Notes: generated by a model from the letters alone, not told the origin. 64,000 bases of DNA from Balanoglossus misakiensis (GCA_040954595.2 CM082577.2:17243903-17307902); one strand, 5' to 3'. Positions 43,136 through 53,964 are shown, numbered from the stretch's first letter. Numbers and translations: made by a program.

Positions 43136-46100
43136 AAAATAATGTCATGAGATGTATTTAATATTTATATATGTACTTTTTCTTTCATTGAAAGGTCGAC
43201 ACGGACAGGCCAATGATTGGCGTTGTTTATGATGGTCTTAACATTCACGATTCCAATTATCAGAACTCAAGTGTAGTCATGTCCGCTTCTTGGCATGGAT
43301 TTTCTGATCTGCAGTCCTACATAGATTATTATGTCTGGTGTGTCGGTACTTCACCTGGTGCTGAAGATGTAATTCTGTGTCATTCTGTGGGACTCAAAGT
43401 ATCGCAGACACATACTATAGCATTTCCACTGGAGTCTGGTAAATCTCACGCTGTTCATACAAGTATATTTCCCATTGTATACCATGAATCTCAGAATTCA
43501 TTTGCAACAATGTTATAGTCCATCTACAATTCAATGATAAAGTTGTCCCTGTGTGTGAAGACGTGCGCATATAATTATGCAGCTGTTAAAGTTGCTCGTA
43601 ACTTTCAAAACATATTTATAGTACAATGAACTTCGAACGGTACAGTAATCTGTGTTGCCACTAATCTAGCGTTGTTTCCTGTAGGGACCAAGGTGTATTC
43701 CACGGTTATTGCTGTTGATGCTGCCGGATTGAAATCAGAACCCTCTACATCCAACGGAATCATTATTGACACAACGCCACCCGAAGCTCTACAGAAATTC
43801 AACTTCAGTGACAATGTGCTGCTGAACCCTTCTTTTGAAGACTTCGTGGTTGCCAATGACACAGAATATTCAGACGTTGACGAGTGCGTACCGCGTGGCA
43901 CACCAAATCACTGGACAGTGGATGGAACGGCACATGTATTCACGTGTCAGTACAGCGTAGCCAAGGATGGCGATTCATACCTGGTGCTTTTTGGTGAAAT
44001 TTCCCAAACTTTCAACACAGTTGTTGGAGAAAAGTACAGTGTGAGATTCTACGCCAGCCACATTCCTCGATCAAGTACACCAGTCTTGAATCAAGAAGGC
44101 TATATGTCCGTTTCTCGCCTGAGTCAAGTCTTCAAACTCTACCAGCACAGAGGTAGCTTTGATCATTCAAGTGATCCCAGCGACGAAAACAAACTGGTTT
44201 GGGAGTTGCACCATGAATATTTCATTGCAGATGATGATGTAACGACATTAAGACTTGGTTCGTTAGGTAGAAATGGTATGTTCCCAAATTCACGATTTCG
44301 TCTGGTTTATCTCCCTTTTAACACTCTAATCTTACACTGCTTGTACTCAAAACGATTGTCGTGACCTTATAAGTTTTTAAGTTATTTTTCACGGCGATTC
44401 AATTTCCTAATACATCTTCCAAACACAATGCAATGTTGAAGAACACTTCAATTTCCCCTTTTACCAGGAATTGCTCTCGACCAGGTAGACGTACGCATGC
44501 TCAGTGAAGGGGGGCGTGAACACGAAGATCCAAGTAATCCGGTGAACGACTTTTCAAGCGACGTTCATGTTGAAATACAGAAAGTCGGGGAATTATACTC
44601 AATACACGCGCGTTGGGATGTTATTGATGTGGAGAGTCCTGTCACAGAAAATATATGGGCCGTTGGCACTGTTACAGGTAAACAAATTTTGCGAAACAAG
44701 AAAAAGTTGAAATATTTTCGTGACCACACCAGGTGGATTATTTTATACTCCCAAATTTCTCCGATTGCATTATTTTCATCTGATGAAATAAAACGAATAA
44801 ATAAATATTGCTAAAACAGTCGGCGTTATTACCCACTTGAAGTTGCAGAACTGGCCTAAACATTGCATTTTCGTACACCGCAGAAGTACATTGTATCTCG
44901 TTTCAACAACATACATACATACTATCCATGACTATCGTATGTAATTACGGTTTAAGTGTTTGACCAAGCCTTGTGAATCGAAGTAGCAAACCATGCTGTA
45001 TACATCATGGAATTTCAGTGACACAACGGATGACAAGCTTTTGTTATTTCGAACTGTCCACCCATTTACAGGCGGGACCCAGCTGCAAGGATTTACGTCG
45101 ACTGGAAGGAAAACATCAGCTACCTGTCCTGGTTTGATACTTTTTCAAGGAATACAAGTCATCGTCACAATTGTGACAAAAAACGCGGCAGAACTCGAGT
45201 CTGTAATTTATTCTGATCCGATTATAGTCGACATAACTGCTCCGAACCTGTGTTGTGCGAAGGTAATTTCTGCTTTATAGATTTGTATGCTATTTTCTAA
45301 TGTATATTTCATGCAGTCCACATAATGAAATGTGTGGTTCAAATGTTATTGAATGCCACTCGGTTCCGTTGTTTTTTTATCAGAAAAATCATTAAACCCA
45401 CAAACATTTGCTGTTGTCTTAGTAAAATATGGCAAGCCTCAGGGGTCTTAAGTATAGCAATAGTAGTATTTAATGTTGAAGTAGTACGATTATATTTTGA
45501 TTCGTTAATATATTATAAATAAATAGTAGTATTTAATGTTGAAGTAGTACGATTATATTTTGATTCGTTAATATATTATAAATAAATAGTAGTATTTAAT
45601 GTTGAAGTAGTACGATTATATTTTGATTCGTTAATATATTATAAATAAATAGTAGTATTTAATGTTGAAGTAGTACGATTATATTTTGATTCGTTAATAT
45701 ATTATAAATAAATAGTAGTATTTAATGTTGAAGTAGTACGATTATATTTTGATTCGTTAATATATTATAAATAAATAGTATTTAATGTTGAAGTAGTACG
45801 ATTATATTTTGATTCGTTAATATATTATAAATAAATAGTAGTATTTAATGTTGAAGTAGTACGATTATATTTTGATTCGTTAATATATTATAAATAAATA
45901 GTAGTATTTAATGTTGAAGTAGTACGATTATATTTTGATTCGTTAATATATTATAAATAAATAGTAGCATTTAATGTTGAAGTAGTACGATTATATGACA
46001 ATTTGCAAGTATTATTATTATTTACTTGTTTACTACCTCACTAGAGGGCGCACAATTTTATTGTCGGCCATTTTCTGTTTGTTTTGCGCGTCTCTGGCAG

Positions 46101-49100
46101 TCGCAGTCGAAAGAGATGGATATCGAGGCAATATTGCACGAAATAAATTTGGCAACGTTGGTAGAGAGGTTCAAATATGAGCGGATTGAAGCTCCCACCG
46201 TTCTTTCCATGACGGAAGGGGAAATAAAGAGATTGGGAGTTACAAGAGCAGGTGATCGAGTGCGACTCCGAGACCTTTGCAAGGAAGCAACTCAGCCGTC
46301 ACCGGCCTAGCTCTGCGTACAGGTCTGTGTGTTCCCGGCGTTACACAGCCTCCACCACAGCCCTGCAAGGCGCCATAGAAAAAACTGGTGCTTCTGCGGT
46401 CCGGATCCGGACTGCAGCTTTTTCGGCCGAAATTCGATTTTATCGAAGCAAAATCCTTTCCCTGTCTACTTCTGCCCCCTAACCGACTCCAAATATGATG
46501 CGATTAAGTTGTCCTAACGTCCGAACCGCTCGCTTTCTAAAACTTTTTTGTTTACCCATGGAGATAAACTCGCTGTAAGCTTTATATTTAATATGGCGAT
46601 CTCAACATGTAAACACACAAAAATGAATCAAACGCGAGTGGTTCGGACGTTAGGACAAGTTAATCGCATCATATTTGGAGTCGGTTAGGGACCGTTCAGT
46701 TTTTACGGCCGGGGGGGGGGGGCGGCAAAATCCAGGGGGGGGGGGTCACTTGAATTTTGAAGTCCACAAGGGGGGGGGGGGGGTCATCTGGTTTTTTTAA
46801 ACGTTTAGGGGGGGGGTCACATACTTTCGCCACGGAACTTTTGCTTTTGAGTCCACAAAATTGCAGTTTCGCACCCTTTATTTTACAAATAAACACCCCC
46901 TCCCACACCCACCCCCTTCATTATCCGCCACATGTCATTTTTTGCTGGTTTGTCTAGTGAACCAGGGCAGACTGCTTGCCACCCCAAAACCCACCGATGA
47001 TAAAATTTAACAAAGTGAATACATAAAGGAGAATAATTGTTTAAACCATTTTGCATAACTGATAGTTTCGCGCTGCATCTTCTATATACTAGAAGTTTTA
47101 AATGATGTCATGGCGAAGATGACGCCAAATCTTCTAACTTTGAGTGGAGTGGCAAAAAGTAAAATTGGTCCTCCCAAACATTGAGATAATTTGCTTTTGA
47201 CTTCATTAAAATGCAACTTTACGCTACATATTTTACAAAATTTTCTTATGTGGGAGGGGTTGTCCCCCTCCCACACCGACCCCCGTCACTTTTCTTGTTT
47301 TACCGATTCCTGCAACTATTGTATTGACTTGTCATTTTAATTTGTTCATAGATTTCTTTATTGCAATGATATACTATTATATACTTCAATAATACTTTAA
47401 GAAATTTATAATTGAGGTGTGAGGAGCCTCATTCCCTTTATTGCATACAGTGTACATAGGATCAGGACGGCGAATGTTTTGGGCGTGGGGGGGGGGTCAT
47501 CATATTTTTGGGTCTGTCAAGGGGGGGGGGCATCATTTTTTGGTCCTGGGTGAAGGGGGGGTCGGCCTGATTTTGAGAACCGATGACACAAACTTGCCGC
47601 CCCCCCCCCCCCTGCCGTGAAAACTGAACGGTCCCTTAATAGGGGGCAGAAGTAGACAGGGAAAGGATTTTGCTTCGATAAAATCGAATTTCGGCCGAAA
47701 AAGCTGCAGTCCGGATCCGGACCGCAGAAGCACCAGTTTTTTCTATGGCGCCTTGCAGGGCTGTGGTGGAGGCTGTGTAACGCCGGGAACACACAGACCT
47801 GTACGCAGAGCTAGGCCGGTGACGGCTGAGTTGCTTCCTTGCAAAGGTCTCGGAGTCGCACTCGATCACCTGCTCTTGTAACTCCCAATCTCTTTATTTC
47901 CCCTTCCGTCATGGAAAGAACGGTGGGAGCTTCAATCCGCTCATATTTGAACCTCTCTACCAACGTTGCCAAATTTATTTCGTGCAATATTGCCTCGATA
48001 TCCATCTCTTTCGACTGCGACTGCCAGAGACGCGCAAAACAAACAGAAAATGGCCGACAATAAAATTGTGCGCCCTCTAGTGAGGTAGTAAACAAGTAAA
48101 TAATAATAATACTTGCAAAGTGTCATATAATCGTACTACTTCAACATTAAATACTACTATTTATTTATAATATATTAACGAATCAAAATATAATCGTACT
48201 ACTTCAACATTATATACTACTATTTATTTATAATATATTAACGAATCAAAATATAATCGTACTACTTCAACATTAAATACTACTATTTATTTATAATATA
48301 TTAACGAATCAAAATATAATCGTACTACTTCAACATTAAATACTACTATTTATTTATAATATATTAACGAATCAAAATATAATCGTACTACTTCAACATT
48401 AAATACTACTATTTATTTATAATATATTAACGAATCAAAATATAATCGTACTACTTCAACATTAAATACTACTATTTATTTATAATATATTAACGAATCA
48501 AAATATAATCGTACTACTTCAACATTAAATACTACTATTTATTTATAATATATTAACGAATCAAAATATAATCGTACTACTTCAACATTAAATACTACTA
48601 TTTATTTATAATATATTAACTAATCAAAATATAATCGTACCACTTCAACATTAAATACTACTATTTATTTATAATATATTAACGAATCAAAATATAATCG
48701 TACCACTTCAACATTAAATACTACTATTTATTTATAATATATTAACGAATCAAAATATAATCGTACTACTTCAACATTAAATACTACTATTGCTATACTT
48801 AAGACCCCTGAGGCTTGCCATAGTAAAACATACATGCCTTATATGATTATTTCAATGTGGCTAGGACGGCGACGAGGAAAACGATATTGATTATCAGAAT
48901 TCGTTGATATTATCAATTCATTGGTCAGTGGAGGATAAAGAGAGTGATGTCCACTATTGTGAGATTGCTGTTGGTAAGAGATATTAATTTCAAAATACAT
49001 TTGTGGAATTTAAATTTGTATAAATCTGCCACAATAATGATGGTTAATTAATGGGTGAATTATACCGCCAAAATCAGAAGGTAAATGTTTTAATGAAATT

Positions 49101-50460
49101 GAGTTTGTTAGCATGTTTGTTTATTAATTTGTTTGTTTGTTTTGCATGTTTGTTTATTAATTTGTTTGTCTGTTTGTTTGTTTGTTTGTTTGTTTGTTTG
49201 TCTGCTTTCCTCAATAGGTTTATCCCCAGGCTCTGCAGAAATTCAAGACTTCACAAAATCTGAAACAGTGAATCATACCATGATCAATGTCACGGGTCGT
49301 GCACGCCATGGGCAAACGCTATTCTCCACAATCCGTTGTTACAATTACATAGGACTAACGAGCATGGTAATGACGGATGGCGTCACCATAGTAACCGACG
49401 CACCGGAAGCTGATAATGCTGTCATAGAGGTAACAACAGTATCCGAAACTCACTTTCCGACCAGAGAAGATCACCAGTCCGTAACGAATGCCGTGAATTT
49501 CGCTTGGCAGGGATTTCATGATATTGCCGGTATATCACACTACCAGGTAACAAGTTGTTTTCTGGCATATAAATTTCATTCTGATATTGTAAACTAACTT
49601 TAGACCAGGATTTGTGAGTCAAATTCATTTTCTTCCTCTCGTGTATCTTGTTCTAGTGTATGATGCACACGAAGGGCAGAAAAGTCTTTGATTGGACTGA
49701 TGTTGGTGAAGGTGGAGAAATGTTTGCATTGGTCCACGGTTTTCATCTCAATTCCTACGAGACCTACGAAATACTTGTCAGAGCCGTCAACTACGGAGAC
49801 ATGTACAGCGCATGCGTCACTGCTAATGTATCTGTTGAAACGGAGCCACCACTAATTGCAGGTACCAATGTCATTGTTATACACTTGTTTTTTGCTGGAA
49901 AGGTACACATTTGACCTGAAGATTTGAAAAACCATGTATTTGTTCCGAAGAACCCGTAGCCGAAAGAATTCACGTGCAATATTCTGCTACTTACTTGCAT
50001 CTACAGAGTGACCACGCTATTTTTAAGTGAAAGAATTGAATCGAAAATACACTGCATTGTTTCACATACATGTAGTATAATCTTCAATCTCAGCAGTGAG
50101 TAACACAACAGCGCCAATTGTAAAACTTTCTACGATATTGCTTGTTTCTCAATTAACGTTCTTCATTATTCCTGCTGTTGTACAGGGCGTGAGTTATCTG
50201 TCACCTGGTTGTCAAACGATACACTGCATTTGGACTGGGGTGGTGCTTTCGTCAGCAACTCGAGCCTCGTCTACGAATTGACTGTGGGTACGTCCTATTC
50301 GAGCAATGACGTCTTGAAATGGTTTGAAACCATGGAAACACAGATAACAGTGGATGACGTCGATCGCTCCAAAGAGTACCATGTGGTTATCACAGCTATA
50401 AATGAAGCAGGACTTTACAACTCTGACAACTATGTTGTTTCGTATGTCGACACAATTTAA
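14946..50460 (+). CDS. Giant secreted protein (~3,496 aa): signal peptide, C-type lectin domain, EGF/Cys-rich modules, ~20 FN3/Ig-like repeats and a CBM/DUF642-like module; 57 coding exons
   Basis: Hand-traced exons, all GT-AG and phase-consistent, total 10,491 nt: 14946-15027, 15769-15911, 16236-16339, 16650-16789, 17752-17880, 18178-18354, 20410-20520, 21175-21441, 21629-21758, 22016-22238, 23087-23267, 23952-24151, 24527-24793, 25382-25590, 25894-26014, 26205-26384, 26621-26830, 27028-27302, 27530-27677, 27826-28044, 28593-28761, 28868-29154, 29262-29459, 29711-29846, 30094-30277, 32325-32537, 32965-33148, 33472-33671, 33777-34008, 34184-34390, 34593-34698, 34893-35009, 35237-35404, 35700-35839, 36672-36806, 37387-37525, 37827-38013, 38131-38342, 38611-38723, 38965-39084, 39506-39634, 39989-40210, 40420-40557, 40753-40924, 41145-41282, 41636-41779, 42194-42324, 42429-42567, 42843-43003, 43195-43438, 43685-44275, 44468-44677, 45072-45262, 48865-48973, 49218-49546, 49657-49861, 50186-50460. 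N-terminus MWQRNSVLFAGIILYVILVHTLSHANAG; C-terminus YVVSYVDTI*. Confidence 0.9.
15769..16789 (+). CDS. C-type lectin domain (exons 2-4 of the giant gene)
   Basis: CKYGW...CYYFS...WDSADSQC...LASI...YIGANDKISEGSWMWSDG...WQPGEPNN...NCGQI...GEWDDLNC...YVCKR matches the canonical CTLD pattern with an EPN motif. Confidence 0.92.
16380..16510. mobile_element. Partial hairpin-ended element (same family as 18895-19272)
   Basis: Shares CATGGGCyCGGAAGCCTCGCyCATGAA...ATGGTCAGGGCGTCGTCCATTATTTCTATAT with 19175-19271. Confidence 0.7.
17752..20520 (+). CDS. EGF-like and cysteine-rich modules (exons 5-7 of the giant gene)
   Basis: CDSNPCDNGYC...YYCNCETEPYYGSRCQ and CYPGTC...TCQCAEGYSDEDCQ. Phase 1-1 exons typical of shuffled EGF modules. 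Confidence 0.8.
18634..19409. mobile_element. Kolobok-like MITE with a nested hairpin-ended element
   Basis: TTAA|GGATGTACG ... CGTACATCC|TTAA. Confidence 0.7.
18895..19272. mobile_element. Hairpin-ended (Crypton-like) non-autonomous element
   Basis: Short IR ATTATATTACCA (18895) / TGGTAATATAAT (19107-19118), followed by a long imperfect hairpin (CGCCCTGACCATAAACGTTTG / CAAACGTTTATGGTCAGGGCG). Same layout as 4426-5703. Confidence 0.55.
30372..31807. mobile_element. Degenerate TIR element in intron 25
   Basis: CAAGGTGGTGTGG near 30391 is inverted as CCACACCACCTTG near 31776, with imperfect extension outward. Ends approximate. Confidence 0.55.
30680..31039. mobile_element. Palindromic MITE (TAG..CTA ends, 9-bp TSD) nested in intron 25
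   Basis: TIRs of about 120 bp, TAGTCTCGG...CCGAGACTA. TSD CCAAGGATC / CCAACGATC (1 mismatch). Confidence 0.8.
32073..32142 (+). tRNA. tRNA-Glu(CTC)-derived gene, probably a pseudogene (2-nt anticodon-loop deletion)
   Basis: Acceptor stem TCCCATA / TGTGGGA, A box TGGTCTAGTGG, T arm CCGGG-TTCAATT-CCCGG. Anticodon stem TGGCG / CGCCA encloses only CTCAC rather than CTCTCAC. Length 70 nt, followed by T-runs. Confidence 0.8.
32637..32801. repeat. (TACA)n microsatellite
   Basis: About 40 units read directly. Confidence 0.95.
35873..36221. mobile_element. Palindromic Kolobok-like MITE, copy 1
   Basis: Starts TTAA|AGGGACAAAGTCTCT. The whole element is an imperfect inverted repeat. Related copy at 51745. 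Confidence 0.7.
43088..43135. repeat. (GAT)n intronic microsatellite
   Basis: About 16 units inside intron 49. Confidence 0.9.
43685..44500 (+). CDS. Galactose-binding-fold/CBM (DUF642- or CBM4/9-like) module of the giant gene (exon 51 and start of exon 52)
   Basis: NVLLNPSFE...HWTVDG...GEISQTFNTVVGEKYSVRFY...YFIADDDVTTLRLG...GIALDQVDV follows the usual N- and C-terminal motifs of this jelly-roll fold. Confidence 0.65.
45459..45995 (+). repeat. 63-bp minisatellite, about 8.5 copies (left arm of the foldback)
   Basis: Unit AATAGTAGTATTTAATGTTGAAGTAGTACGATTATATTTTGATTCGTTAATATATTATAAATA. One unit has a 3-bp deletion. Confidence 0.95.
46116..46310 (+). pseudogene. Truncated SAM-domain-like ORF (left arm)
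   Basis: MDIEAILHEINLATLVERFKYERIEAPTVLSMTEGEIKRLGVTRAGDRVRLRDLCK fits the SAM pattern (LxxLGVxxxGDRxRL). The stop codon is the terminal TAG of an inserted mini-MITE. Confidence 0.6.
46688..47635. mobile_element. PIF/Harbinger-type MITE, family A, copy 2, inserted in the right arm of the foldback
   Basis: Same TIR as 1616-2536, TTA TSD. The empty site is visible in the left arm at about 46475-46490. Confidence 0.88.
47811..48005 (-). pseudogene. Mirror copy of the truncated SAM-like ORF (right arm)
   Basis: Translation identical to 46116-46310. Confidence 0.6.
48126..48791 (-). repeat. 63-bp minisatellite, about 10.5 copies (right arm of the foldback)
   Basis: Reverse complement of the 45459-45995 unit. 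Confidence 0.95.
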
Positions 50461-50872
50461 TGCAGAATGTACCTCTTTCTTTAGAAAAGCGACATGATAG
50501 CGACATGATGACTACCGGTAAACAACATAATGCTTTGATCATCTACATTGTTTTGTCGACTGGAATTAAAAAAAATAGACACTAGCAAATTCATATTGCT
50601 GTACATTATGAAAATGAAAAATTTGAATTCTTGTATTCATTTATTTTCCCTATGCAATCATGTGATGTAATATCACAGCTTTCTGGTAACAACTTTCAAG
50701 TATATTATCTGGGCTCTTACAAAAACTGAAAATGAAGTGATTGAAGTCATCGAATTATTCTAATACAAACTCCGTCCATTCGCCTTCCCCTTGCCCACAC
50801 ATAGAAAGAATATTGGGTGTAGTATAATCCGTCCTACAGTGCTTTTCTGTGCTTTGCTTTTATCAATAACTG

Positions 50873-50878
50873 AATAAA
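50873..50878 (+). terminator. Candidate polyadenylation signal of the giant gene
   Basis: AATAAA about 410 nt after the stop codon, with GT/T-rich sequence downstream. Confidence 0.45.
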
Positions 50879-51389
50879 AGTTAAGATGTTGAAGTTATGA
50901 TCTTATGTATTCTTTCAACATTACCCCTCTACCAACATATGGTATATGTACAAACATTCAACTCGTGTGGTGATATCACTGCCGGGTAACTACCATGGCG
51001 TTTCTGATTTCCATGAAGTGACATTAAAAAACCAAGATCGCCAATTAAATTTCTGGAGATTGTTATCATAGAGGTAATCCATATATATCAGTCCATACTG
51101 CAAATTATATATTCATTGTTCATGCACATTCAAACATTCAAGTACACATTTAAATTGAAACAGGAATTTTGTTTGCTGCATAGATTGGATGTAAAACACG
51201 CCACCTGTATGTATACTAGTTTGTTGAAGCTAACCAAGGGTATTTGGAATGATGGGTAGAACACTGGCTGTATGTTGCAGTATGTTAATCGGGATCGGTG
51301 GTACAGTGTCAATGTGGTACACATGGCTACATTTTTGAAACAAGTCAAGGTATTTATATATCAGTCTGCACAGCCAGATTCATGACATT

Positions 51390-51740
51390 ATACTTTCGAC
51401 TGATAATTACAAATACCTTGGGACAACTTTCAAAGAATTTCTGGATTATTCTATCACATCATCAAATCTTGCAAGCAGAATCAGCAAACAGAGCGGTATG
51501 ATTTATAAACTCAAAGTTTTAAGTATTGAAGAATATGTGTTTCAACACATCTACAAAGCTTTATGACTCATGTCTAGCCCTAATACTCGACTACGCCTCA
51601 GCTGTTTGGGGTTTTGGTAAACACAAAAAACGTGACTGTTCAAACCTGAGCATTTCGTTTCTTTTTAGGGGTACATAGATTTACACCTATTGTATCTTGT
51701 GATACAGGCTGGCATTTTTGTCAGGTAGGAAGACACCTGC
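51390..51740 (+). mobile_element. Decayed non-LTR retrotransposon RT fragment
   Basis: Broken frames give NYKYLG and TKLYDSCLALILDYASAVWGF, typical of LINE RT thumb and C-terminal regions. Confidence 0.55.
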
Positions 51741-51744
51741 TTAA

Positions 51745-52370
51745 AGGGACAAAGTCTCTGTCTCGCTGCCATTTTGCCATTAATTACGTTTGATTCAAGA
51801 CACCGTTTATGTTATTCTACACGTGAATATATAGTGAATCAACGTTCAACCACACACAACTTCCATCCCATTTGGAGGATATGAGAGTAAAAATCTCGCA
51901 AAAATGAATAAATGGTAAACACCTATTATACATTTTGGTGAGTGTTTCACTCTTGTGTCTACAAGCGGGATGGAAGTTGTGTGCAGTTGCACGTGTATTC
52001 ACTATATATCAACATGGCCATTTACATAAACGGTGTATTGTTGATAACTTTCAAAGTTATCCATAACCCGACTCCCGCTTACATCAGTGATCTACTGCAG
52101 CCATACACCCCCACTCGTACACTGCGTTCATCCACCAAGAAACTCTTAACATGTACAACTTACAAAAACAAGACCTATGGCGGCCGTGCCTTCTCTTATG
52201 CTGCCCCTAAACTGTGGAACGCACTACCTCTTGACATCAGGGAATCTACAAACCTGGAGACTTTCAAAAGAAAACTTAAAACTCATATGTTCGAAAGAGC
52301 ATACAGTGTGGTTTAACCATGAGCGTCATTGGGCAAAATTTCTTATTTTGGATTTTGGCGCTATATAAAC

Positions 52371-52433
<63 letters not shown>

Positions 52434-52474
52434 ACATAATTCATGGAAAAGGGACAACGAGAGAGACTGAGTTC
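51745..52474. mobile_element. Palindromic Kolobok-like MITE, copy 2, interrupted by a LINE tail
   Basis: Starts TTAA|AGGGACAAAGTCTCT like 35873. The right arm breaks near 52040 and resumes after 52431. Confidence 0.65.
52037..52431 (+). mobile_element. 5'-truncated L2/CR1-group LINE 3' end
   Basis: LLITFKVIHNPTPAYISDLL...RTLRS...YGGRAFSYAAPKLWNALP...FKRKLKTHMF*, then a short 3' UTR ending GGCGCTATATAAA and a (TTGA)n tail. Confidence 0.85.
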
Positions 52475-53399
52475 ATATATGCTTCACCAATCGAAATGGC
52501 ATGCACAACGATATGTAGCATTGATTGTGTTGTCGCATAGACAATGATCATTATTGCCTCAATTTCCGGCTGGTGTCTTACCTTTAACTATAGAAACTAT
52601 AGAAAACGGCAGAAACAGGGGAGAAACTGTCAAAAATGGACTATGTATTCCCTGAAGCGATACAAAAACGAGTATTTTTTGTTTTGATATTGAAGGTGAC
52701 GCATGGACGTTAGTTGCTGTCAAATCCTTGCTAGATAAAAATAGTTCCGTTTTATTACGAGTTTCGATGTTGCAGATTCTTTAATTTTCACAGAGCATGT
52801 GTCGTGACGTAATGTATACTTTTGAAGGTCATTGTAAACACATCAGTACACCAAATTTCGCGCAAAAGTTTCTCCAAAAGTAGGCTCTATGATTGTCGTA
52901 TTTGTTAATTAATGTGCGATTATGTTTAATTATACCTCAGGGTTAGTGAGCCCTCTATTTGTCAGTTGTTGCGCATGCCCAGTTCTAAGCCCACTATCCT
53001 GAGTTGCTGCGAGCTGGTTCAGAGCGCTCTACTTTTGTGGCGACTGTTGTGGAATTGCTCTACCCAGAGTTCCCCGGGGTATGGTGTCATTTTAGCCTCG
53101 TTTTCAACTTAGCTTTAGACTTGACACCTCATGGACTTGTTTATAAATACTTTCAAAAATTTCAAAAAGAAAATGATAAAAATCGCGTCAAGGACATGGC
53201 GGTCCCATTGAGTTATTACACAAGAAAAAGTCTACACCGGAGTACATGGCCATATACAGACAGACAGACACACACACACATAGCGAGAGATCAATGGGCA
53301 AGCACTGACTGGCCCATAAGCTGCCAATGGCATATGTACTGTACATACACTAAATAGAACAGCTGGCCTCTTTAAAACTTAAGCCAGTTATTTAATCAT

Positions 53400-53681
53400 T
53401 CAAGGAATTTGCTGTGTAAATCAATCACACTGGGAACTGCCTGCCTAATTAAAACAACTCAATAAAGTAAATACACACCACTTTGCAAAGCAATCTGACC
53501 AGTACTGCTTGAGTTACTGAGTTTTGACCAAATTCACATTTTCCAGCTAATTTGCATATTTTTGGCGATGACACCTTCATTTGAACAAAATCCCATCTAC
53601 AGCCCAGCCTGCATCTGCACACCAAATATCAAGATGATACACGCAGCGGTTTTGAAGTGTTTGATGTGGACGGACATACAT

Positions 53682-53735
<54 letters not shown>

Positions 53736-53780
53736 ACACACACACACACACACACAGACACACACACACACACACACACA

Positions 53781-53854
<74 letters not shown>

Positions 53855-53964
53855 TACATACATACATACATACATACATACATACATACATACATACATA
53901 CATACATACATACCGATCCCATAAGGTCCCATGGTATATAGGCCTATACCAATGGGACCTAAAA
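53400..53964. mobile_element. Helentron/HINE-like non-autonomous element with internal microsatellite
   Basis: (TACA)n(CA)n(TACA)n array at 53675-53913, then stem-loop AGGTCCCAT-GGTATA...TATACC-AATGGGACCT (53924-53960) and an A-run. Left end approximate. Confidence 0.5.

Larger units (their letters stand above)
45428..48822. mobile_element. IS3EU-like foldback element in intron 53
   Basis: Termini TATGGCAAGCCTCAGGGGTCTTAAG / CTTAAGACCCCTGAGGCTTGCCATA. Perfect 6-bp TSD GTAAAA (45422-45427 and 48823-48828). Arms 45428-46533 and 46634-48822 are near-identical inverted copies around a ~100-bp spacer. Confidence 0.88.

Noticed and set aside
42950-43150. Poly-Asp C-terminus
   Set aside because: The exon ends at the 43003 donor; the (GAT)n tract is intronic.
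45459-45995. Regular 63-bp array as a CRISPR-like locus
   Set aside because: Units are head-to-tail with no unique spacers, and the context is a eukaryotic intron.
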